64,000 nt of DNA. Origin: Tortispora ganteri. Its lineage: Eukaryota. The stretch's first letter is position 1. The number at the start of each line of letters is the position of its first letter. The stretch lies in assembly GCA_003707115.1 (NCBI GenBank), contig PPNB01000004.1, forward strand, positions 372,001 to 436,000, given 5' to 3'. Of the stretch, positions 55,227-64,000 are shown piece after piece. A model generated the notes under the pieces. That model saw only the letters and a program-made list of their open reading frames with translations. It was not told where the DNA came from and did not search any database. The translations under genes were made by a program, and so were the position numbers.

Positions 55227-56729
55227 ATGACTGTAGCAGTGTATCCTAGTGCTAATATACGCGATCAGATACCTGAATATATATGGACTGAAGCTATATC
55301 ATTATGGAAACGTTTATTGTCATTTGCAGTTGAATCAGGGCTTTCTGATATTACTGAAATTGTTGGTTTCTCAGGGTTCGTACGCTCTTATTTACAGAAT
55401 GGAGCTGACGATAAGGAGTTGCGATGGCTTATATACGCGCTCATGACAAATCTTTATACCTCAAAACTTGACAAGTATTCTCCTTGGCGTGAAGCTGATA
55501 CTGATGCATTATGGTGGTTTCTAAAGTTGTATTTGAGCGATAATTTCACGGCAGTCAAGCGACTCATTTTACATTTAGCTACTACTAGAGCTAAGGCATA
55601 CACACGATTGTGCGATATCATTGTAGATATGTGCAGCCGTAATATTTTTGACGATTCTGATGAAAGGCTCTTGAAAGTTACAGCTTCCTCAGACACGCTA
55701 ATACTACCTCTAATTCCTTGCAAACCGTGGGTCGATTCGTTGATGTCACTATACGCCAACAATCCCACTACATCAGCTATTATTGTTTGTTACTATTGGT
55801 TTATTAGCCTTTTACATTCGGGAAAACTAAATGAGCTGGAAGACACTATAAAATACTGCATATCGCAGATGCCGCGTAATGCCTCTTTGCGAGAAAACTT
55901 AACGGCTGCGTTATTAGTGAAAACAAGTTTGTTTGAAGTTTTTGAAAAAAATGGCAAACTGTCTGCCTCATGCATGAAATCTCTGACTACAGTAAGACAG
56001 AAGTATAAACTCGCAAACAGCGAAGAAAACACCTACATACCCACAGATTCCGATATCAGCAGTCTGAGGGAAATATATCAGAACATGACAATAGACGATG
56101 CGAGAACTGTACTCATTGAACATGGTAGTCTCGAACAGGCTTTATCTGATTATAAAAGTGATTTCTCTATGGATGAAGATCTACCAACGGCTAATACTGC
56201 TTCTCATTTGACGAAGAACAAGATATTCGATATCCTCGAGCAGATGTATGAGGACGACGAGGACGACGAATATATAGAGGGAGATTCACACATAGCAGTT
56301 TTAGAGGGTGACCCTGAATTAGAACCAGACGCATTTTTAACTACGAGAGTATCGGTACCACCTCATGAAACCTACCTATACGAAGTATACAAAAACCGAC
56401 CTGAACTCTTTCTGTCAACTAGTAGGAAGACCAAAGAAAGGCAGCAAATTGCAGATGACCTCAAGTCGATGAATCTTCAATGGTCACATGAACAAATAGA
56501 AGGCTGGAGTCGTATGCTGGAAAAAGATTCAAAATTACGCCGGAGACTTGAAGACAATTATCTAATTGAATTAGGTAGAAACTCGGTAGGTGCAGTACAA
56601 AACACTAACGCGAGCGCTAAACCAAAAACAAAGTCAAAGTCGAAATCGAAATTCCCGAAAAAGAATACGACTCAAAATAAGCAGAAAGGTCGCGATCGCA
56701 AATTACAACGTGCCGCACCGCGTGATTAG
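55227..56729 (+). CDS. CUE3: Cue3/Rqt3/ASCC2-like ribosome quality-control factor
   Basis: Likely ATG at 55227. Degenerate CUE-like segment, YEDDEDD, WSHEQIEGWSRML and a basic tail ending KGRDRK. Confidence 0.72.
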   Translation: MTVAVYPSANIRDQIPEYIWTEAISLWKRLLSFAVESGLSDITEIVGFSGFVRSYLQNGADDKELRWLIYALMTNLYTSKLDKYSPWREADTDALWWFLKLYLSDNFTAVKRLILHLATTRAKAYTRLCDIIVDMCSRNIFDDSDERLLKVTASSDTLILPLIPCKPWVDSLMSLYANNPTTSAIIVCYYWFISLLHSGKLNELEDTIKYCISQMPRNASLRENLTAALLVKTSLFEVFEKNGKLSASCMKSLTTVRQKYKLANSEENTYIPTDSDISSLREIYQNMTIDDARTVLIEHGSLEQALSDYKSDFSMDEDLPTANTASHLTKNKIFDILEQMYEDDEDDEYIEGDSHIAVLEGDPELEPDAFLTTRVSVPPHETYLYEVYKNRPELFLSTSRKTKERQQIADDLKSMNLQWSHEQIEGWSRMLEKDSKLRRRLEDNYLIELGRNSVGAVQNTNASAKPKTKSKSKSKFPKKNTTQNKQKGRDRKLQRAAPRD

Positions 56730-57318
56730 TGGTTGAGATTCGTCATTCATGAGCATTTTACTTCTTTACCTGAGTCTGGAATTAAAGTTCTACGTTTAAC
56801 CGTATAGACACCTTATTAGCCAATCATGGTTGCTGTATCGATAGCGTTTCCCTCATGTGCGGATCGCTCCCAAATCCCAGGAACGGTGACCTCCAAGGAA
56901 TTAGCATACCTATCGGTCAACTGTTCAGCGAATTTCAAGGCCTAAACTGGCATTTAGAGCAACTTTATTGAACGTATCACTTGCATATAGGTATGCTTAA
57001 ATTACTATATGTAGCGTCTTCTTTATATAACGAATAGAAGAGTATTTTCGGTACAGAGAACACAAAGCGCGATCCTTATCTTTGGGACTAATTTACCCTA
57101 ATACACACCCCAGTGCATTACTATCTAAAGCTACCTTGCCTTAAGTTTGACTTCTCGCCAACCCTTGCAATTCGTGACTAACGTTCAAATACCACACTGA
57201 CCAATCATCTAGCTGCCTGGTCTTACAACTGATCTAATATTTAAAGCAGCTGCTTATTTATTCTGCGAAAACGGTATCTTGTTCATTGGGAACCCCATTC
57301 TTATAGAACATAATTCCA

Positions 57319-58920
57319 ATGCCTCCGAAAATCGTATTATCTCCCGAAAAGACTGGTGCCGCGGGCCCCACCAACTCGACCACTTCAGTCGCCAACGCGT
57401 CAAAAAAGAAATCCTCTTCTCCATCTAATGGAGAATCCGGATCTTCGTCAGATTCTAGCGTGCAGCATGTTGCTTCAAGTAAAAACCTTTCTCACGTACC
57501 TTGTAAATTCTTTAAGCAAGGAGTGTGTCAGGCCGGTAAATCATGCCCATTCTCTCATGAAATCGACCAGAGTGGCGACGGAGCTTTATGCAAATACTTT
57601 CAAAAAGGTAACTGTAAATTTGGATCTAAATGTGCTCTTGCTCATATTCTTCCTGACGGAAGAAGAGTTAATTCTAAATATTCATCTAGTAATTCAAAAC
57701 ACTCACGGCACGCTGCGACGAACGCTCATTCGTCGGAATCATCAAGTCGTCAAAAACAGCATCCTAACACTCTTTCTTCTTTGCGAACCGCTGCCCCTGC
57801 AAATAGTAGTTATCCCCTGGATGGAATCCCAGGTGAATCTGCATTATCGCAATCATTAGCCTCAATGGACTCTGCGAATATTGACCGAATACTCTCACGC
57901 AATTCCCCACGGACCTACACACCTGCTTCCGGTTCCTCAACTGCCGATCGCTCCTTTTTAGATACACAATCATATGATATGCTCTCGGCAACCAGTGCTC
58001 CAAGAAATGTTCCAATTGCTGCTTCCTTGCCCGTCAGATTTGTCCATCCAATTGATTTCCCTTCCGGATCTGCGTTCAACGGTATCTCTCTAGGATCTCC
58101 GACCAGTCCCATTAACTCTTGGAGAAGCCATTCGGGGCGTATAAACACACCACCTTTGAATTCTGGATCAGTTGTGGAAAAACATTTTGAATCTACTATG
58201 TCTGCGCTGTCACCTCCTACGAAGTCTGTGTTTGCCTCGTTTAGTTCAGGTTCGCCAAACGGCTTATGGGGTTCAATGGGTCAATCGGGTAATTTTAACA
58301 ATGTTTCTCCTGATGTATCACCAGCAATTCCGCGCAAGAATTTTGGTTTCTACAATGAAAACACAGACTTTGATGATCACGATGAGAGCGCTATTGACGA
58401 CGATACATTTGCTTTTGAAGAAGATCTTGTTCCATCTTCACTAAGTGACCTATTAACACCCGCAGAGCGGCAAAGAAGAGATTCAAGGAATACAGAGGAC
58501 CGATCGCAGGTAGACGCAACTTTACCAAAATCTTCCAGCTTTAATATATCGTCATACACCCAGCGCGCATCATCGAGCAGGTTTAGCTCTTCATTAGCGC
58601 AATCAGCAGAAGGAATCGCATCTATTCCGCGATCTGGTCAATCGTTTCAAAAGTATGAAATATCTGGAGTTAGCAGGAGTCAAGTTTCAATTTCAAAGTC
58701 GTCATCACCTCAGACCAGTAAAATCAGTGGCTCTCCATGGGCACCCACACCTACTCCGAACCCTCTTACTTACGCCAGCCTCGTAGGCGAAGGAATGACT
58801 ACTAACGGAGGGGCGATGAAGCAGGACAACTTTGGTGACACTGAGTATGATAGATCCATGCCGATGCATTTCAGAATGGATGAAGAGGTATCAGAATCAG
58901 GCACACTATATAATATCTGA
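57319..58920 (+). CDS. LEE1: Tandem CCCH zinc-finger protein, Lee1/Cps3-like
   Basis: HVPCKFFKQGVCQAGKSCPFSH, CKYFQKGNCKFGSKCALAH, EEDLVPSSLSDLLTP. Confidence 0.85.
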   Translation: MPPKIVLSPEKTGAAGPTNSTTSVANASKKKSSSPSNGESGSSSDSSVQHVASSKNLSHVPCKFFKQGVCQAGKSCPFSHEIDQSGDGALCKYFQKGNCKFGSKCALAHILPDGRRVNSKYSSSNSKHSRHAATNAHSSESSSRQKQHPNTLSSLRTAAPANSSYPLDGIPGESALSQSLASMDSANIDRILSRNSPRTYTPASGSSTADRSFLDTQSYDMLSATSAPRNVPIAASLPVRFVHPIDFPSGSAFNGISLGSPTSPINSWRSHSGRINTPPLNSGSVVEKHFESTMSALSPPTKSVFASFSSGSPNGLWGSMGQSGNFNNVSPDVSPAIPRKNFGFYNENTDFDDHDESAIDDDTFAFEEDLVPSSLSDLLTPAERQRRDSRNTEDRSQVDATLPKSSSFNISSYTQRASSSRFSSSLAQSAEGIASIPRSGQSFQKYEISGVSRSQVSISKSSSPQTSKISGSPWAPTPTPNPLTYASLVGEGMTTNGGAMKQDNFGDTEYDRSMPMHFRMDEEVSESGTLYNI

Positions 58921-59376
58921 TATTGTCTTGAAGTCTAATCTGCTCATTACATTACAAAGCATAAAGCATCGAAATGATCCCTGTTAAAAGGCAACCACTG
59001 AATACGGAAAGCTTCATTCTGAGTCATTAGATGCCATTAGCGTCTATAGTCTAAAATCAAGCTGAAAACGGTATAATGAACTCAATGAAATACTGGAAAA
59101 TTATAAATTTTGACATATATTAATACACAATAGTATACACGCAATAATAACCTTTGTTGCTATGTGGACAGAGCTTAAAACCTTCGAACTGCGAACCATC
59201 AACACATCGATAACCCTTTTTTCCAGTTTTCGGGTTTAGTAATTCATCAGTGAATCCAGCAATAACGCTGATAATCGGACTAGAATTATTATTGGTTAGC
59301 TGTATTATATCTTGCGAAGCTAGAATTGCTAAAAATACGAGTGATTAAGTTGTTGTTGTTAAAATAAAGTGGAATA

Positions 59377-60870
59377 ATGAATGCTCAGCCTTCACAAGGT
59401 CAAGGGCAGAGAATCTCCGCTCAGAACCTCACACCCGAGCAAGCTCAGCTCTTAAATAATCAGTACAATTCCATGGTTCGACATATTGCGGAATCTAGGA
59501 ACAACAATCAAGATGCAACGAATTCTCCTGAACTGCAGCAAATGATTGCGCGTGCACATCAACTTCGTGTTTTGCTCACTCAATACCAGCAGCTTAGAAT
59601 GGAACAGAGAAACCAGGCCCGACCTGACCAGCAAGGGGTGCGACAGGTTCCAGTACCGATGCAGGCAAGACCAAGTGCCATACCTCAGCAGGTGGCTATG
59701 CGACCTGGTACAGTCGCAACCGGCTCGCCTGCACCCGTTTCTACACAACAACCTGCTAACGCCGCTGCACGAGACGAAGCGGTTTTGGCGCAAATGAATG
59801 TACAACAGAAGCAAACACAGTTGCAACGGCTCCAGCAAGTTCTTAGATCTTGCGAAAGTCAGATTGCACAAATCAATACAAAGTTACAGAGCCCTGGATT
59901 AAGCGAAGTAGAGCGCCAGCAGCTAAGGGGTAAAGAGATTAATATTCGCAGTAATGTTGAGAATTATCGACGGCTTGCCACTCAGATTATTGAATCACTG
60001 CGAAATACACCTACTACATCTGTAGATGCGTCTGATCCACAGGTACTGCAGCCGCTGCAGCCGCTGCAGCAACAAGTGCAGCAACAACGCATGCTTGCTC
60101 ATCAACATACGCAGCATCAAGCACAACAGCAACGCATACCCTCTGAGACACCTGGACCGGCTTCCCCGCTGAATGCTGGTACTCCAGGAGCTGTACCAGT
60201 TTCTGCTGGGTCTGGTGCATTTACCGCAGCAAGAACTGGTGCCGCCGAAGGCAACGCGCAACCTGTGCATGCTTCTGCAGATGGCCCGTCGGCAAGACCC
60301 AATCCGCCTATTTCAAAAATGAATACTATACCTGCGATGAACTCTTCGAACCGTGCACACATCACACCTCTACCTATTCCACCTACTTTGAACGTGAAGG
60401 CTCCTAATCCAGCAACTATCCGGACTTCGCGGCCTACATTAACGCAAGGGACCGCGAGTAACATGATATCCACAAACACTCCTGCTTTGATGAAAATACC
60501 ACCGTATGAAGCACAAGGAGATAGGATATTAAACAAACGCAAGCTGAGTGAGCTTGTGCGCAACGTTATTGGTGAAGAAGGGGACGTGAATATAGACGGA
60601 GATGTTGAGGAACTGCTATTAGATTTAGCAGATGATTTTGTGACAACTGTTACTTCATTTGCTTGCCGACTGGCGAAGCATAGAAAATCTTCATCGCTAG
60701 ACGTGAAAGATGTGCAGCTACATTTAGAGAGGAATTACAATATCCGTATACCTGGTTACTCAGCAGACGAGATTCGATCGGTACGAAGAACTACAGCGAC
60801 GGCTGGGTTCAACCAGAAGTTGTCGGCAGTGAATAACGCCAAAGCTTCTGCGGATGGTAAATCTAACTAA
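59377..60870 (+). CDS. TAF12: TFIID/SAGA subunit 12
   Basis: Gln-rich N-terminus and histone fold KRKLSELV...ADDFV...CRLAKHRKS...HLERNYNIRIPG. Confidence 0.95.
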   Translation: MNAQPSQGQGQRISAQNLTPEQAQLLNNQYNSMVRHIAESRNNNQDATNSPELQQMIARAHQLRVLLTQYQQLRMEQRNQARPDQQGVRQVPVPMQARPSAIPQQVAMRPGTVATGSPAPVSTQQPANAAARDEAVLAQMNVQQKQTQLQRLQQVLRSCESQIAQINTKLQSPGLSEVERQQLRGKEINIRSNVENYRRLATQIIESLRNTPTTSVDASDPQVLQPLQPLQQQVQQQRMLAHQHTQHQAQQQRIPSETPGPASPLNAGTPGAVPVSAGSGAFTAARTGAAEGNAQPVHASADGPSARPNPPISKMNTIPAMNSSNRAHITPLPIPPTLNVKAPNPATIRTSRPTLTQGTASNMISTNTPALMKIPPYEAQGDRILNKRKLSELVRNVIGEEGDVNIDGDVEELLLDLADDFVTTVTSFACRLAKHRKSSSLDVKDVQLHLERNYNIRIPGYSADEIRSVRRTTATAGFNQKLSAVNNAKASADGKSN

Positions 60871-61002
60871 AGGCAGCTAATTACCTGTTTTTTTTTTTGT
60901 TATTATTTTGGGTGCTCAATAGGTGGTGCCTTGAAGAGGAAAAGTGAATGAAATTGTATTTCAGTATGGAGCGTTGCCAGTAAATAACCCTTCCCACCGA
61001 CA

Positions 61003-61691
61003 ATGTCTAAATCACTATTAATCGCCTGGCAAACTGCGGATAAATTGGTGCTGGTTATTGGAGGAGGAAGTGTAGGTAGTAAAAGACTAATAATTATAGA
61101 TTATACTAACAATAGGTTGCATATTCGAGGGTCCGGAAACTGCTGGATGCGGGGGCGCGAGTTCGTGTTGTTTCGCCTAGCCTCGAGAAAGAATTGTCAG
61201 ACTTGGAAAATGAGATTGAATATATTGCAAGGAAGTTTGAGGATTCAGACCTCGATTATGACATTTCAATGATACTAGTGGCAATTGATGACCATGAGGA
61301 AAGCACCCGTATCTATAACTTATGTAAAAAGAAAGGCGTGCCGGTGAATGTGGCAGATGTGCCTGAAGAATGCGATTTCTATTTTGGGGCAAACTACGAC
61401 GATGGACCTTTACAAGTATTAGTATCTACGAACGGTGAAAGTCCAGGTATGGCCTCGTATTTAGGCAAATATATTGCTTCACATTTGCCACCTCATATAC
61501 GCGAAACAATCGAGATGTTTGGTGAAATGCGAAGACGACTACGATCAAGGTTCCCTGGCCCTGAACACTCAAAGTTCAGAATGAGACTTATGAAAAAATT
61601 AACGCAGGAATACCGTGAATCTGATCCGTCTACCATTGACATTGATGCTGTGCTGGACAAGCACACTATTGAGCCTCTAAAAAACCAATAG
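61003..61691 (+). CDS. MET8: Precorrin-2 dehydrogenase/sirohydrochlorin ferrochelatase, spliced: 61003-61071 plus 61116-61691 (214 aa)
   Basis: SLLIAW, VLVIGGGS|VAYSR, VNVADVPEECDFYFG, VSTNG. The 44-nt intron GTAGGT...TACTAAC-AATAG joins two ORFs in frame. Confidence 0.92.
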
Positions 61692-62884
61692 CCTATACGA
61701 CCTTAACATAGCAATCTAATGCTCAAGGCAGCCTTGTTGTTAGTTTATAAGTTATTCTTATAAACTTTATCTTCATTAGCCACACAGATAGTGCCGACAA
61801 TGATGTACTCATGCATAGGATAATAGCCTTCAGGACTTTCATATCAATTTCTTCCTAGTCCAATAGGTCCTGCAAGAGCGTAATCTAGGTTTTCAGTGCT
61901 ACCATTGCCCGATAAGCCAGAACCTGCGCAGAGGTTTATCTGGAAAGCTGACCAGTGAGTATTTATCCGATTGAGTAGTGCGGAAAGTACTACAAAAGCT
62001 ACGAAGTTGATGAGAATACAATACTAAACTCATTCTATCTCAAAGCCACCGACTTTTCTCACTTTTATTCATGATGAAACGAGAAGAAAGCCGGCACAAC
62101 AGCTGATACATTTGATCAACACTTAATGCATATAGATAAGTATTATTAGTACTATATTATTTTCTTTTCTTTACTTACGCAGAGGGTTATCCTTTTCGAC
62201 ATGTCACATAATGCGCAATCAACACCCCCTATATCGTGCACAGAAAGTTATAAAAACAATAGGGTAAAAATTACAGATTTTTACGCGAATATATTTTTTT
62301 TCATATCATCCTAATGTGTACTTTTATCAAGGAATAGACAATGAAATACGTCTACATAAGTATTAGAGTATAGCTAAATTACTGTAGGCCAATCAGAACT
62401 AATCGCTTACCCAACAGAGAGACCTTCCTTGATTCGCCGCTACATTGTGTCCGTCTACCCAATACAGGAACCATTCAAACTAACCAATCAAAATTATTCG
62501 CTTAAATATAAGGTTTCAAAAAATTTGAGTAATCATTGACTTATAAAATCAGGTTAGGGATGTCTATGTACTTGTTAGGGTCAGGGTTCAGTCAATGTTG
62601 ACTAATAATAGGTATTGATATTAGGGAAATGGGTATTTCTTGTTTTACTTACAACCAATAGAAGGCGCTGATGGGAAGTTTTACTAGACTGCATTCAATT
62701 GGTATGAGTTAGTGCAGCGTATAGCGATAAGGTTATAAGATGTCCGAGAACAGTTCAATTCAAATAGGTTCGCTAAACGCGCCTTTGAGGAATTGCTATA
62801 CGCGCAATTTCTCAATTATTATAAATAGATCGTGCGAACATTTCAAATGTACCGTTACCTGCCCTTTTCTGTCTTTAGCTCAAA

Positions 62885-63952
62885 ATGATTCCCGAAATCC
62901 AAAAAGCCCTAACTTGCGATAAACCTTGTGCTGACTATGTATTAAAGCTTGATGACAAATATCCGGTACCTAAACCAGGTTCCAACCAGGTTCTAGTAAG
63001 GCTGACGCATACAGGTGTATGTCACACTGATCTATCGCATTTGACTGATCATTGGGCGCCTGTAATAACTACTGAATGCAAAGTCGTTGGTCACGAAGGT
63101 GTTGGCTGCATCGTCGCTCATGGTCCTGATATCAGGTCGCCAGAGAGTGTACCAATCGGTATGCGTGTCGGACTGACGCTTCTCAAAAGACCCTGTAATC
63201 TATGCGATGAATGCGTTGAGCCTGACCACGAGGCTTATTGTTATCACGGAGACTTACGTACCGGTAATACTGACGGAACGTTTTGCCAATATCAGATAAT
63301 GGATGTCGACTACCTCATACCTATTCCTGATGGGGTACCAGATGAGTTAGCTGGACCTATTTTATGTGGTGGAGTTACTGTGTACAAAGCTATTAAGAAG
63401 AGTGGTCTTTATGCGGGGCAGTGGATCGCTATTATGGGTGCAGGCGGTGGCCTTGGAACAATGGCCATCCAGATAGCGCGATCTCGTGGAATACGCACCA
63501 TTGCTATTGATTCAGGAGATAAACGGGATATTTGCCAATCGGAATCTGTTGAGGCTTTTGTAGACTTCACGAAAGTCGCAGATGTACCTGCAGAAGTTCG
63601 CAAAATCACAGGAGGTCTAGGAGTTCATGTCGCTCTGGTTCTAGTGCCTGCACCAACGGCATATAAACAGGCTGTAGACATGTTGCGCATGCACGGAACA
63701 CTTTTATCAGTTGGAATTACTACACCAGATGCTAGTTTTCCTGTAAAACCATTTGATCTGGTCTTGAAGGATATAAAACTTATCGGCACTCTGATCGGCA
63801 CTCGATGGGACGTTAAAGAGGCCCTCGATTTAGCTGCGCGAGGTCTATTCAAACCTCATATTCAGGTTTATCCAATGGAAGAATGTCGCAAAGTCCTAGA
63901 CGCAATGCACGAAGGAAAGCTGCTTGGACGAGCCGTACTTAAGTTGGACTGA
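62885..63952 (+). CDS. Zinc-dependent medium-chain alcohol dehydrogenase
   Basis: GVCHTD, GHEGVG, four structural Cys (CNLCDEC...YC), ILCGGVT, GAGGGLG, GRAVL. Confidence 0.93.
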   Translation: MIPEIQKALTCDKPCADYVLKLDDKYPVPKPGSNQVLVRLTHTGVCHTDLSHLTDHWAPVITTECKVVGHEGVGCIVAHGPDIRSPESVPIGMRVGLTLLKRPCNLCDECVEPDHEAYCYHGDLRTGNTDGTFCQYQIMDVDYLIPIPDGVPDELAGPILCGGVTVYKAIKKSGLYAGQWIAIMGAGGGLGTMAIQIARSRGIRTIAIDSGDKRDICQSESVEAFVDFTKVADVPAEVRKITGGLGVHVALVLVPAPTAYKQAVDMLRMHGTLLSVGITTPDASFPVKPFDLVLKDIKLIGTLIGTRWDVKEALDLAARGLFKPHIQVYPMEECRKVLDAMHEGKLLGRAVLKLD

Positions 63953-64000
63953 TATCCTGGCACGGTTATGTGTCTCGCAACTAGTCGTGTGCGCAAGGCT

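Noticed and set aside
61076..61099. Second nested intron inside the MET8 intron (GTAGTA...GACTAAT...TAG)
   Set aside because: At 24 nt it is too short, and its removal does not rebuild a good donor.

Overview
Gene-dense, intron-poor eukaryotic DNA from an ascomycete budding yeast. CTG codes Leu at conserved positions in YPT1, so this is not a CUG-Ser/Ala yeast. Compact intergenic spacers, GTAAGT/TACTAAC introns and a KDM4-type JmjC architecture suggest an early-branching Saccharomycotina lineage, possibly Trichomonascaceae (inference). The window holds 34 protein-coding genes, mostly housekeeping: PMP47-like carrier, YPT1, SSA-type HSP70, LIN1, RVB2, JmjC demethylase, PRC1, YME2, APC15, GOS1, ATP10, HEM4, PHO84, FUS3/KSS1 MAPK, SEC24, ERV1, COQ1, RTT107, VPS25, TRS65, IML2, PEX14, IST3, a C2H2 factor, TPS2, CHL1, CUE3, LEE1, TAF12, MET8, an ADH and a few poorly assignable ORFs. 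I found no tRNA, rRNA, transposon or CRISPR. The main observation is an apparent nested intron in YPT1: an inner 209-nt intron splits the GTA|AGT donor of an outer 66-nt intron (a [D3,4] stwintron), and the first-step intermediate reads MNPE-stop. Telomere-like TTAGGG/ACCCTAA boxes also recur just upstream of many genes.
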